A stretch of DNA of 64,000 nt, from sequence record NC_047979.1. One strand, 5' to 3'. Each line of letters begins with the position of its first letter. The first letter of the stretch is position 1. This DNA comes from Escherichia phage Gostya9. A program made the translations under genes and the position numbers. Shown here one piece after another: positions 18,161 through 27,011 of the stretch. The notes beneath the pieces are model-generated. The model saw only the letters and a list, made by a program, of their open reading frames with translations, searched no databases and had not been told where the DNA came from.

Positions 18161-18813
18161 ATTGACCTACCTAAAGATCTCTGTTGTGGGGAACAGAGCT
18201 TTGCTAAATATTCCTTGAACTGTTCAGAATCGGCTGTATCTACCGGATTATCTTTCCAAGCAATACCAATGTACCCAGCATAGATATTTTTTAGATTGAA
18301 GTATGGGCAAGTGTATATGTACTTAAAAGTAACGTTTTTAAACGCAGGTATATTTAACCCCATATATTTATTTACTCTTACCCTTAAATCCGATACGTAG
18401 TTAAAGCCCTCTAAATGACGTCTGTATAATTCAGACGTTTTATTTACCGCTTTATCGGCCAAGTCAGCCCTATCTAATTGCGCATTACTTTCCCATGCAA
18501 TAATATTGGAATAATCATTGATAGCATCTGGTTTATACTTGACTACAAAAACAGCATCTGCACCCGTCTGAGAGAAGAGAACCATGCTCTTTTCCCTCGC
18601 CACATTAGGGAAGTTATCTATCCTCTGGGTTTGTAAATCTTGTAAAACTGCAGACGTGGAAAAAGTCTTTAAGAATGACATCACCTCACTAGTATGACTA
18701 ACAAATAAGAAAATAATGACAGCAACTAAGATAGTTAGCAGACGTTTAAGAAGCGATGCTGGGTCTTTCGCTTCTTGGAGCAGTACTGTTAATAATTGTA
18801 AGAACTTTTCCAA
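18157..18813 (-). CDS. putative holin
   Basis: immediately upstream of endolysin; TM segment LTILVAVIIFLFV; TTG start 7 nt after AGAGGAGG RBS gives 218 aa. Confidence 0.55.
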   Translation of the reverse strand: MEKFLQLLTVLLQEAKDPASLLKRLLTILVAVIIFLFVSHTSEVMSFLKTFSTSAVLQDLQTQRIDNFPNVAREKSMVLFSQTGADAVFVVKYKPDAINDYSNIIAWESNAQLDRADLADKAVNKTSELYRRHLEGFNYVSDLRVRVNKYMGLNIPAFKNVTFKYIYTCPYFNLKNIYAGYIGIAWKDNPVDTADSEQFKEYLAKLCSPQQRSLGRSI

Positions 18814-18838
18814 TTTGTAACCTCCTCTAACCAATACC

Positions 18839-18867
18839 ATTATACTAATTTTGGAGGAAAATTACAA
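18839..18867 (-). promoter_or_regulatory. sigma70-type promoter (weaker -35)
   Basis: TTGTAA-17-TATAAT on minus strand. Confidence 0.45.
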
Positions 18868-18927
18868 TGTGTTTTTAAAGATTTTCTTTGGAGCACAAAA
18901 TTATGTCGTTGTCAAGAAGAATTTTAG

Positions 18928-18958
18928 ATAAAAGAAAAGCCAGAGTCGTTAAACCCTG
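18928..18958 (-). terminator. rho-independent terminator
   Basis: AAGCCAG..CTGGCTT stem followed on minus strand by TTCTTTTATC. Confidence 0.5.
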
Positions 18959-18970
18959 GCTTAAAATTAC

Positions 18971-19570
18971 TTACTCTTCGTTGTGTTCCTCGGATTGAGG
19001 TAACTGAGCTTTATTACATTGCTCAGATCGATATTTTGCCAAGATTTCAATACGCTTATGGATTTCCTCGCTATCTAGATAGATGTTTTTGTTGTCTTTT
19101 ACCATCTCGTCGATTTCATCTATTGAGAAGAACGGATAGTAGACATCTAGCATCATATCTTCTACGAACTTGTTATAAGATTCATAGGCTTTCTTGATTT
19201 CTTGACCTTTCTCACAGAACCCGCCAGAGAACGTGTGTCCCATTAGTGTAGCATGTGGATGTACTACCCATCCATGACAAGATAAGAAAATTGTGCAGTA
19301 AGCAGAAGCACTAGGACCAATTAGGTGTCCTATAACTGTTCCACGGCAATTAGCAATTAAGTTAGATAACTGTGCAGCGGTATCAACATAGCCACCAGGG
19401 CCGTTAATCATCAGATTAATTTCGTCGTCCTCATTTGCCTGCATAAGTACCATTGATAAATCACGGTATTCATCCGGCGGACCTAGTTCTTCATCAAAGA
19501 AAAAGGTATACTCGTTAGATTGGCGAATGGAGTGAAACAGGTTAGTCTTTTCTTCTTTTTTATTAGTCAT
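18971..19570 (-). CDS. ClpP-like serine protease
   Basis: 199 aa; INGPGG, GPSAS and VVHPH segments parallel ClpP INSPGG / catalytic Ser / His regions. Confidence 0.55.
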   Translation of the reverse strand: MTNKKEEKTNLFHSIRQSNEYTFFFDEELGPPDEYRDLSMVLMQANEDDEINLMINGPGGYVDTAAQLSNLIANCRGTVIGHLIGPSASAYCTIFLSCHGWVVHPHATLMGHTFSGGFCEKGQEIKKAYESYNKFVEDMMLDVYYPFFSIDEIDEMVKDNKNIYLDSEEIHKRIEILAKYRSEQCNKAQLPQSEEHNEE

Positions 19571-19582
19571 AGCGATCCTTGA

Positions 19583-20335
19583 TTATCCAACTAGTGGTTC
19601 TAGCTCTAAGTCACAGAAGTTATATACTTCTAGTTTAAGGTTATTGATGCCATTGAATTTATTAACTAATTCGTGAGTAATATATTTTGCAGGAATACCA
19701 CTTTCAGATGGATGATCTGATTTAATAGTGAACTTCTGCTCAGCGGGCACTATATTTACTAGTAAAGAATCCATATCTAAATGGTTCGTTTCTCTGAGTA
19801 ACTCTCCCTCATTGGGGAATCTCACATCTGTTATTACGGCGACATCTGGGTCGTCTTTAGCGATGGATTGCTCCAGAATTATGAGCCAAATGCGTTCATG
19901 TACCAGCTGTCTTCCTAGCTCTGTTCCTACGAGCTGTAACATTTTTCTCGGAGAAATAAATAAACTATAAAGTCCGTCTTCTTTATTCTCTGAGATAAGT
20001 TGTTGAGGATTAAGATATTTTTTCTCAAAAATCGGCCAAACGTACGAGAAGTCTTCAAACTTATTGATACCGTACTTAGACCATACGTCTCTAGCTCGCT
20101 CCAATTGAGATTGTGTGATCGTAAACCATTGGTCAATCTCTTTTCCCCTGCGCTCTCCTAGAATCTCTGGAGTTACACCGAGGATTACGGATGCAAGTTC
20201 ATAAACGGGCTTAGCAAAACTATAACGACGGGGTAAACGCGTTGGATACATATCATTACACCAATCGATAATTAATTTTGCAACAGTGTCTTTTCCAGAA
20301 CCAGCCCCGCCATGTAAACCTACTAATACTGACAT
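19583..20335 (-). CDS. dnk: deoxynucleoside monophosphate kinase
   Basis: 250 aa; P-loop GGAGSGKDT at N-terminus; size matches T5 dNMP kinase as recalled. Confidence 0.7.
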   Translation of the reverse strand: MSVLVGLHGGAGSGKDTVAKLIIDWCNDMYPTRLPRRYSFAKPVYELASVILGVTPEILGERRGKEIDQWFTITQSQLERARDVWSKYGINKFEDFSYVWPIFEKKYLNPQQLISENKEDGLYSLFISPRKMLQLVGTELGRQLVHERIWLIILEQSIAKDDPDVAVITDVRFPNEGELLRETNHLDMDSLLVNIVPAEQKFTIKSDHPSESGIPAKYITHELVNKFNGINNLKLEVYNFCDLELEPLVG

Positions 20336-20688
20336 TAATCTTTCCTATTGTTAATTGGTGGATAGTAAACTAAGCAACGTTTTTCTTGTAAATCTTGGCG
20401 GTAGAAGCAAACCATACTAGTCAATCGTGAGATATATGAATATTCTGCCTCCCGGCATTTTGCTAACATATTCCAATCTTTATAAGGTACAACAACTACT
20501 ACGCCATCTTCGCCATTTGTAGCTAATTTCTTTTCAAATTTGAAATCAAAGCTACAAGGTTGAAGCCCTTTAGGCCAGTCCACATGAGCTGTTGGTAGCT
20601 CATGTGATAGCTCTGGTACTACCGTTTCTGCACAGCCTGTGATTGTGATTGCGGCTGCGAGCAGTATTCCACGCTTCCAGAAAGACAT
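20335..20688 (-). CDS. lipoprotein (possible outer-membrane spanin)
   Basis: 117 aa; signal peptide with lipobox ITGC. Confidence 0.5.
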   Translation of the reverse strand: MSFWKRGILLAAAITITGCAETVVPELSHELPTAHVDWPKGLQPCSFDFKFEKKLATNGEDGVVVVVPYKDWNMLAKCREAEYSYISRLTSMVCFYRQDLQEKRCLVYYPPINNRKD

Positions 20689-21062
20689 GCTAATCTCTCC
20701 TCAAATTCTTTACTCTGCTTTTTAGCAATTAATGTAACCAATCCAGGCTTTGCAGCTATAATATCTTGACGACTAAGTGCTTTATCAAGCTGACTAATTT
20801 TCTTGTCTAGATCTGCTTGCGAAACATTATTCATTGTGAAATACTGATTCATTCTAGTCTCACGAAGTTCACTCTCAGCCCTCACATTATTAAGGGAGGT
20901 TTCTAGAGAAGAGATCTTTTTAGTAGCTACTGCAAGATCACCTGATAGAGTCTCAACCTTATTAAGTAAGTGATAAGCACCGAATCCGATGCCTATCGCT
21001 AGACCTGCTCCCAGGATAAACCATTTACCTTGCCATAGAGAACTAATAAAGTTTTTTATCAT
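20619..21062 (-). CDS. membrane-anchored coiled-coil protein (possible inner-membrane spanin)
   Basis: 147 aa; N-terminal TM then long helical region; overlaps downstream lipoprotein gene. Confidence 0.45.
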   Translation of the reverse strand: MIKNFISSLWQGKWFILGAGLAIGIGFGAYHLLNKVETLSGDLAVATKKISSLETSLNNVRAESELRETRMNQYFTMNNVSQADLDKKISQLDKALSRQDIIAAKPGLVTLIAKKQSKEFEERLACLSGSVEYCSQPQSQSQAVQKR

Positions 21063-21739
21063 CTTTTCATATTCCTAAAAGAAGTAACAGTATCAAATCC
21101 ATGTGCTGCTAGGCGGTCTTTATCAGATGTGGTGATAATATCAGGCTCACCAGTACCTAGTACTCCCCAAATATACTGTTCTATAACCTGATGTAAACGG
21201 TATAGGTTAGGTTCCACACTCTGCCACGGTATTCCTGATAGGTGTAGGCGTGGATTAGTTATAACCTTGAAGTATTTATTGTTATCTTTATCATTTGGAA
21301 CTAATGAATCTAGAATCGCTAACGGTACTCTTATCTCAGATAATGCCTCTTTAGCTTTCGGGGTAACTTCCTCTTGCCATGCTAGGATAGACTCTTTTGG
21401 CTTCTCCCTATTTATGTCTAGTAAAGAAAATCCTGCTGACCATCCATTCTCTTCCAGAATTTCTAATGCTTCATCCAGACTGAAGGTTTTTACTTGGGTA
21501 TCCAGTACATCAATGTGGTATAACCAGTAAATCTCTCCAGCTAGGAAGAAAGGCAAAATTTTAAAGTAGCCAATCTTTCCCTCAATACGAGCAATCATAC
21601 GTTCTTGCATGATCATATAGTTGCCATCATCTGGGGCTTTTATTGTTAGCTCTTCAGTTTTACGCTCCCAAACACGATCTGAGTCAAATAAACTGTTCTG
21701 CAAATCATACACATCTGCAAATTTAGAAATGATTCTCAT
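21059..21739 (-). CDS. hypothetical protein
   Basis: 226-aa ORF downstream of promoter 21771-21799. Confidence 0.5.
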   Translation of the reverse strand: MRIISKFADVYDLQNSLFDSDRVWERKTEELTIKAPDDGNYMIMQERMIARIEGKIGYFKILPFFLAGEIYWLYHIDVLDTQVKTFSLDEALEILEENGWSAGFSLLDINREKPKESILAWQEEVTPKAKEALSEIRVPLAILDSLVPNDKDNNKYFKVITNPRLHLSGIPWQSVEPNLYRLHQVIEQYIWGVLGTGEPDIITTSDKDRLAAHGFDTVTSFRNMKR

Positions 21740-21770
21740 ATTTAATCCTCTTGCCTCAATCTATGAATAT

Positions 21771-21799
21771 ATTATACAAAAGTTTAGGCATCTATGCAA
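21771..21799 (-). promoter_or_regulatory. sigma70-type early promoter
   Basis: TTGCAT-17-TATAAT on minus strand. Confidence 0.65.
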
Positions 21800-21817
21800 C
21801 TAAAATTTATCACAAAA

Positions 21818-21850
21818 ATAGCCCAGTCGCAAAAGTGCAAGCTGGGCTTT
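21818..21850 (-). terminator. rho-independent terminator
   Basis: AGCCCAG..CTGGGCT hairpin followed on minus strand by ATTTTTGTG. Confidence 0.55.
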
Positions 21851-21892
21851 GTCATTATTTGCTTTTGCTAGTAAGTTGACTTAGAGTCAATC

Positions 21893-22273
21893 TTATGTAA
21901 TATTAGTTTCTCTAGCTTTGCGTAGTACCCCTGCATTTCTCCATAATTTGATGTTAGTAACTGTTTCTTTATACGGAGCAATAGTAGAACCAATTGGGCC
22001 AGCAATTAATAACCCCAAGAACCCTATAATACGTAGGTAGAATAAACATTCTTTGGCTGTCAGTTTCTCTATTGCCTTTTTCTGTTTTTCATCCTTAAAT
22101 TCACGTTCCTGATCGTCAATACGAAGGTGTTTAATGAACCATTCAGCAGAATATTCATCTAAGTGTCTAAGTATGGCTACTGCATACCCAGCACCAATTA
22201 AAAACCAGGTGGTAATAAGAATTAATACTATAGTCATATCATCTCCAGTTAGGGCTAGCAGCCACCTCACCAC
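21893..22273 (-). CDS. membrane protein
   Basis: 126 aa with hydrophobic segments. Confidence 0.4.
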   Translation of the reverse strand: MVRWLLALTGDDMTIVLILITTWFLIGAGYAVAILRHLDEYSAEWFIKHLRIDDQEREFKDEKQKKAIEKLTAKECLFYLRIIGFLGLLIAGPIGSTIAPYKETVTNIKLWRNAGVLRKARETNIT

Positions 22274-22347
22274 TCACCGCACTAAGGGGCACGACTCCCT
22301 TATCCGTAACAGTTGCAGGTGACGCAACTCGGTCCTACGCGAGTTCT

Positions 22348-22632
22348 TTACTTCCCAAAGTATTTAGCTTTGAGTTGTTTCATCTTGCGGGTTTTACGAT
22401 AGAATCCGTAGAGAGCTACTGGACCTAATAATGTGTCAACTATAATAAACATCACTAGGGCGATCTTGTATCCCTTTTCCGCACCAAAGAAGATTAAGGT
22501 ATCTGGGGAAGTTCGCCACAGATGCTCTAATAATACAGCCTTGTTTTTCGAGAAGAACACATCGTCAACACAGCTGTAAATCGCAACGACTGCACCAATG
22601 ACGAACCAAAGAGCAAATGGAGAGATAATCAT
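22348..22632 (-). CDS. membrane protein
   Basis: 94 aa hydrophobic. Confidence 0.4.
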   Translation of the reverse strand: MIISPFALWFVIGAVVAIYSCVDDVFFSKNKAVLLEHLWRTSPDTLIFFGAEKGYKIALVMFIIVDTLLGPVALYGFYRKTRKMKQLKAKYFGK

Positions 22633-22958
22633 TTCAGATCCTTTTCGTTAATTAGAATATCAGTAAACAGTGGAGTAAATCCTAGAATCATAGGAGGTCC
22701 AAAGGTTTGCATAGCTACCCACAGTTGCATAGTGATCATCCCATCTTTAATCTCTGGATCTTTATACTCTTCGATACGTTTTTTGGCAAAGGCAACTACA
22801 TCTGGAGTGCTACCATTCTTTATAACATGATCATGCCAAAATTGTGTATTCTCACTACGCAGGAATGTTAAGACGTCCTTAGTTGCTGGAATCTGCACTG
22901 TGCTATTGATGTTTAACTTTTTCACGTTCTTCTCTCTGTTATTCTTTAGGAAACCCAT
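22629..22958 (-). CDS. hypothetical protein
   Basis: 109-aa ORF. Confidence 0.45.
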   Translation of the reverse strand: MGFLKNNREKNVKKLNINSTVQIPATKDVLTFLRSENTQFWHDHVIKNGSTPDVVAFAKKRIEEYKDPEIKDGMITMQLWVAMQTFGPPMILGFTPLFTDILINEKDLK

Positions 22959-23448
22959 TAAACTCTTCGATGACTGCTAGAGTTCCGTGCAACTCTAATC
23001 GTAATCCATTAGCTTTGTATACTGCAGATTCTAAGTCTTCATAATCGAATAGACCACCGTAAACTCTAATACCTTCGTTATTATTAGTATAAACTCTCCA
23101 TTTCTGGAGATGAGTATCCCAAGATACTCCTAAGTATCCCGAATTGCTAGTAGCAGTCCTATTTCTATTATTTTCCTGCCTAGAACTATCTCTGAGATTA
23201 CTCCACCTATTATCATCCCTAATTCTATTGATATGATCAACAAATTCAGGAATATACCCTTCCATAAACAAGAAGGCTAATCTATGCGCTAGTTCCCTGT
23301 GTCCATCTCCAACTCTAATCTGAATATATCCATAGTTATTAGGCTTATTATTTATAGGTTTTATTCTACCACTTTTTAGACGTCTAGAAAATAATCCTGT
23401 TTCTGGATCATATATCAGCAGTTCTTTTAACCTTTCTTGTGTAATCAT
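22939..23448 (-). CDS. HNH homing endonuclease (paralog 2 of 3)
   Basis: 169 aa; MITQERLKEL..HRLAF..VDH.NR..NRW.NLRD..ENN.NRT, same architecture as 13250..13786. Confidence 0.75.
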   Translation of the reverse strand: MITQERLKELLIYDPETGLFSRRLKSGRIKPINNKPNNYGYIQIRVGDGHRELAHRLAFLFMEGYIPEFVDHINRIRDDNRWSNLRDSSRQENNRNRTATSNSGYLGVSWDTHLQKWRVYTNNNEGIRVYGGLFDYEDLESAVYKANGLRLELHGTLAVIEEFNGFPKE

Positions 23449-23741
23449 TCTTCCATCTCAATATCACAGTCGTAACGGCAAGTGAAGGAATCTGAATTGT
23501 TCGAACGCTGGGTAGTAATATTACCATTACGGTGAATAGTTACTGCTGGTGTAGAGAAATTTTTGTTAGTGTATACCTCTACTTTACCATTACGTTCTCT
23601 AACATCACGAACTTTACCATATTCGGTAATAATGCCGTTCTGTTGTATCCTAACACTACCATTTTTCATAAAAACTTTGGTAGATGCTAGAGAACCGAAA
23701 CTAACTGCCGAAACCATCAGTGCAATAATAAACTTATTCAT
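23445..23741 (-). CDS. small secreted protein
   Basis: start at Met after GAGGAAG RBS; N-terminal signal-peptide-like segment. Confidence 0.4.
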   Translation of the reverse strand: MNKFIIALMVSAVSFGSLASTKVFMKNGSVRIQQNGIITEYGKVRDVRERNGKVEVYTNKNFSTPAVTIHRNGNITTQRSNNSDSFTCRYDCDIEMEE

Positions 23742-24015
23742 CAGTATCTTCCTCATTACAGTCACGGCATACATCATAATCGTTGAAGGAATGTTCGTGA
23801 GCTTCACACCACCAAGAACAAGAATCACAGAGGAATATTTCGGTTTTCTCAAGTGCTTGGCCTAAAAGATCGTCAGCTTCATCAGCAGTAATCTTCAATC
23901 CACATACATCTGCCACACGTTCTTTAATTAAGCGACCTGCTTCATGGTAAGACATACAGGTTCCAACAACACTATGCTCGACAACGTGAATAGCACAGTC
24001 TAGGCGATTTTTCAT
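23734..24015 (-). CDS. Cys-rich small protein
   Basis: 93 aa with CDSCSWWC..C..CRDC cluster. Confidence 0.45.
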   Translation of the reverse strand: MKNRLDCAIHVVEHSVVGTCMSYHEAGRLIKERVADVCGLKITADEADDLLGQALEKTEIFLCDSCSWWCEAHEHSFNDYDVCRDCNEEDTDE

Positions 24016-24045
24016 TTCAAACCTCTCTCATCAATTTATAAATAT

Positions 24046-24074
24046 ATTATAACAAGAAAAGAGAGGTTTAGCAA
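24046..24074 (-). promoter_or_regulatory. sigma70-type early promoter
   Basis: TTGCTA-17-TATAAT on minus strand. Confidence 0.65.
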
Positions 24075-24091
24075 ATGAATTATTTCAGAAG

Positions 24092-24439
24092 TTAATCATA
24101 TGCCCACCATAACCCACGCTTACGCATGTCATGATCACGATTATAGTCGTAATTTTCTGGATCTTTCATTACGCGGTGGAGTTCTTGACGATTCCCTTGA
24201 CGAACCATTTTATTAGAGTGCCACTTAACATTCTTACTAACAGAATTCCAGCTAAAACCATCCTTTTTCTCATTACGAATGGTTGCTTCTTCCATTTCCT
24301 GTTCTACCTCATCCCAGGATTTAGCATAAGTAACACGAATCCAATAGCCACTTGCTCTGAGGAAAGTATATCCCTGGGTGTAATTAGCTTTAGACTTCCA
24401 CCACTGATCACCAGATTGTTTACGATAAGTACGGCTCAT
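24092..24439 (-). CDS. hypothetical protein
   Basis: 115-aa ORF. Confidence 0.45.
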   Translation of the reverse strand: MSRTYRKQSGDQWWKSKANYTQGYTFLRASGYWIRVTYAKSWDEVEQEMEEATIRNEKKDGFSWNSVSKNVKWHSNKMVRQGNRQELHRVMKDPENYDYNRDHDMRKRGLWWAYD

Positions 24440-24516
24440 ATTACCTCCATTAAGTCTTTTGAATTAACCTAATGTGGATGAATTTTATTATACATAAATT
24501 ATCTACCTGTATACAG

Positions 24517-24552
24517 AAAAACCCCAGACTACTTATTCAATAGCTGGGGTTT
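24517..24552 (-). terminator. rho-independent terminator
   Basis: ACCCCAG..CTGGGGT hairpin followed on minus strand by TTTTTCTG. Confidence 0.55.
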
Positions 24553-24560
24553 GTTATTAA

Positions 24561-24875
24561 TCACAGATCGGGGTACTTATCTTCTAAACAGTCCGAGCTA
24601 ACATATTCTTCGAATCCTACAAAGCCATCAAATTCATCATTTGAAATATCCGTAATCAGTGCTTCCATTTTCCTAATTTCCGAGGTTTTCATGCCTGCTT
24701 TACTATTCTTAAAGTATTTGCGAGGATTCCCACACATCCAACAAGAACAGATACAAGGAGTAGTAGTGATAAGACCTAACCGTTTAGGGCTTTCTTCATG
24801 AGGGAAGACTGTCCAATACTTTTTGCGGTTGTTCTTTACACGTTGCCGGTGATGACGTCTTAATGCTCGATCCAC
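24561..24875 (-). CDS. hypothetical protein
   Basis: 104-aa ORF. Confidence 0.45.
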   Translation of the reverse strand: MDRALRRHHRQRVKNNRKKYWTVFPHEESPKRLGLITTTPCICSCWMCGNPRKYFKNSKAGMKTSEIRKMEALITDISNDEFDGFVGFEEYVSSDCLEDKYPDL

Positions 24876-24956
24876 ACATTTCTCCTAAAACTTGGGAGAT
24901 AAATGGAGTTTGCTCGACTACCTTACGTAGTTCGTAGAAACCGTATCCAAACCCCA

Positions 24957-25325
24957 TTACATCGCCTGAGTAAATGTACGACTAATAACGTCGTTCTGCT
25001 GTTCACGCGTCAGTGCGTTAAAACGTACAGCGTACCCTGAAACACGGATAGTTAATTGAGGGTATTTTTCAGGATGTTTCTGTGCATCCAAAAGCTGATC
25101 ACGACTTAACACATTGACATTTAGGTGCTGACCACCTTCAATTTGAGGGGCGACCTCCACCTTGACTTCACGAAAGGATTCAGAGTCAAAGTGAGGTGTG
25201 ATACCTTCAAGATCTTCAACTAGAACTTTTTGTTTAAGTTCACCATCTTTAGAGTACAGTTGAATAATCTGATTATCATGAACAATATTAATTACTCCAG
25301 ACTTAAGATTTTGATATGCTTTCAT
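24957..25325 (-). CDS. autonomous glycyl-radical cofactor (GrcA/YfiD-like)
   Basis: C-terminal [44 protein letters not shown] closely parallels E. coli GrcA from memory; start set at Met after AGGAGA RBS (about 122 aa). Confidence 0.7.
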   Translation of the reverse strand: MKAYQNLKSGVINIVHDNQIIQLYSKDGELKQKVLVEDLEGITPHFDSESFREVKVEVAPQIEGGQHLNVNVLSRDQLLDAQKHPEKYPQLTIRVSGYAVRFNALTREQQNDVISRTFTQAM

Positions 25326-25510
25326 TAGCTCTCCTGTTTGGTAGTTAGTAGGGGGTTTTGAACCACTGTAGTCGCTCCGTATGAAGGAGGTGCATAACCA
25401 CTCTGCCAACTAACTAGTATGTTTTACTAGACTAAGTAAGTATTCTTTATACTCTTTAGACCAGCTAGCTTTTTAAACTTTCCTGGACGCATAGTCTTAA
25501 TTCCTAGATT

Positions 25511-25587
25511 TGGTACTCCGGGAGGGATTTAAGCCCCCGATCTCTCGGTTATCAGCCGAGTGCTTTAGATCGCTAAGCTACCGAAGT
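25511..25587 (-). tRNA. tRNA, tentative Ile (anticodon GAU); atypical T-loop
   Basis: 7-bp acceptor complementarity, anticodon stem CTCGG/CCGAG with loop CTGATAA, encoded CCA; hand-folded. Confidence 0.4.
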
Positions 25588-25602
25588 ATTAAAATATTTA
25601 CA

Positions 25603-25893
25603 TCACACACTGTCTAAGTAAGAAGTATAATGGAATTTAGTTTCTCCAGTCTTATCTACTTCTACCTCAGTTCGTGGTACTTGATGAACCACACCATGAA
25701 TCATCTTATAGCGAATGCCTTTAGCTGGTTCATGATCTTTTGGAAATACTTGTTTAACCGTTACTACTTTATATCCTTCACGCGGTGTTAACACTACTAC
25801 TTGATCCCCCTCTTTGATTTTCCAAGAGGGTGGGAATTCATAGGTGTATCTTTGGCCACCGGTTTGGAACATAACAGAAAGATAACGTTTCAT
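25603..25893 (-). CDS. hypothetical protein
   Basis: 96-aa ORF downstream of promoter 25924-25952. Confidence 0.45.
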   Translation of the reverse strand: MKRYLSVMFQTGGQRYTYEFPPSWKIKEGDQVVVLTPREGYKVVTVKQVFPKDHEPAKGIRYKMIHGVVHQVPRTEVEVDKTGETKFHYTSYLDSV

Positions 25894-25923
25894 TTGGTTT
25901 CCCTCTCATTAATTTATATAAAT

Positions 25924-25952
25924 ATTATAGCAATAAATAAGAGAGAAAGCAA
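25924..25952 (-). promoter_or_regulatory. sigma70-type early promoter
   Basis: TTGCTT-17-TATAAT on minus strand. Confidence 0.65.
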
Positions 25953-25967
25953 ATGAATTTTTAAACT

Positions 25968-26043
25968 TGGTGCGGGATACGAGAGTCGAACTCGTGTCTA
26001 CTGGTTGGAAGCCGGTTATTCTAGCCGCTGAACTAATCACGCA
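25968..26043 (-). tRNA. tRNA, tentative Gly (UCC)
   Basis: CCA + acceptor + T-arm GTTCGACTC; anticodon loop CTTCCAA; hand-folded. Confidence 0.5.
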
Positions 26044-26053
26044 TTAATTTGGC

Positions 26054-26131
26054 TGGCAGGGGATATTGGATTTGAACCAATGATCTCGACTTCAAATGCC
26101 GTAGCTTTAGGCCAAGCTAAGCTAATCCCCA
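26054..26131 (-). tRNA. tRNA, tentative Gln (UUG)
   Basis: T-arm ATTGG-TTCAAAT-CCAAT; anticodon loop ATTTGAA; unpaired 1-72 as in tRNA-Gln. Confidence 0.5.
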
Positions 26132-26137
26132 ATTGTT

Positions 26138-26231
26138 TGGCAGAAGGTAGTGGATTTGAACCACTGATCAGGATTTCAGAGACCTCGGCCTTAACCGACT
26201 TGGCTCAGGTTCTTCAAGGCGCTTACCTTCA
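26138..26231 (-). tRNA. tRNA-like element with canonical 3' half; 5' boundary and anticodon unresolved
   Basis: CCA, acceptor 3' strand and T-arm GGTTCAAATCC are clear; D-arm GCC-AAGTCGGTTAA-GGC present but acceptor closure is ambiguous; overlaps 3' end of ORF 26168..26377. Confidence 0.3.
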
Positions 26232-26377
26232 TGATCTACTCGAATGACTCCGCATCCTTCGCAAACCACAACTGCACCATAACCTTCTTTGACTTCGGCT
26301 TCTGTAATCAGACCAGATAAGTCACCAGTATCTCTGCCCCACATATCAATGGAGCATTGTTTGCAGAAATCAGCCAT
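26168..26377 (-). CDS. small zinc-ribbon protein (uncertain)
   Basis: 69 aa with CKQC..CEGCG; C-terminal tail overlaps a tRNA-like element. Confidence 0.35.
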   Translation of the reverse strand: MADFCKQCSIDMWGRDTGDLSGLITEAEVKEGYGAVVVCEGCGVIRVDHEGKRLEEPEPSRLRPRSLKS

Positions 26378-26379
26378 AA

Positions 26380-26607
26380 TTAATCCTTATTACAAGTGGT
26401 AGAGAGGATGGTACGATCGGAGATCCAACCGCCAGTGTAAGCACCATTGACTTTATATTCAGTCAAAGTACCGTGACCACGAATAGCGAAAACTGTTAGG
26501 GTTTTCGTGCCCCCATAACCATCTTTAACAGTTACGGTACAATCTAATGATGTGCCGATAGTGCAGCCAGCTAAAGTCAGAGCAGCAATCAATACTAAGT
26601 ATTTCAT
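26380..26607 (-). CDS. small lipoprotein
   Basis: 75 aa; signal peptide with lipobox LAGC. Confidence 0.5.
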   Translation of the reverse strand: MKYLVLIAALTLAGCTIGTSLDCTVTVKDGYGGTKTLTVFAIRGHGTLTEYKVNGAYTGGWISDRTILSTTCNKD

Positions 26608-26630
26608 GTTGTTATCCTTGTTAAGTTAAT

Positions 26631-26703
26631 TGGTGCATCCTCAGGGAATCGAACCCCAATCGTAAAGTTCGTGGCTTTACATTCTTTCCATTGAAATAAG
26701 GAC
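26631..26703 (-). tRNA. tRNA, tentative Arg (ACG)
   Basis: CCA + acceptor GCGTCCT/AGGATGC; anticodon loop CCACGAA; hand-folded. Confidence 0.4.
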
Positions 26704-26711
26704 GCAATATT

Positions 26712-26788
26712 TGGGGTGGCTAGTGGAATTCGAATCCACATAGGCCTGATTCACAATCAGGATCATTAACCAATTATGATATAGCCAC
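26712..26788 (-). tRNA. tRNA-His (GUG)
   Basis: perfect 7-bp acceptor, T-arm GTGGA-TTCGAAT-TCCAC, anticodon stem CCTGA/TCAGG with loop TTGTGAA. Confidence 0.6.
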
Positions 26789-27011
26789 AATTGAAAACTC
26801 GCAGGGTTAGCGAAACCATCCTCAATTAGCATGTCTAGAATACTAATCAAGTTATCTCCTATTGCATGCAGCTCAAGACGAGTACGAATTTTCAATTGTG
26901 GCGGCTCTCCGAAACTCTTCTATTCTAGTCCCAGAAGCTTACTCCCGAACGCATGTCGGGGAAGTCTTTCCAAGCGCACCAAATAGCACCGTTACACTTT
27001 GAGCCATTATT

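Noticed and set aside
26677-26895. ORF 26677..26895 (72 aa, minus)
   Set aside because: Its C-terminal two thirds is the sequence of two tRNA genes (His and Arg-like); it is a stop-free read through RNA genes.
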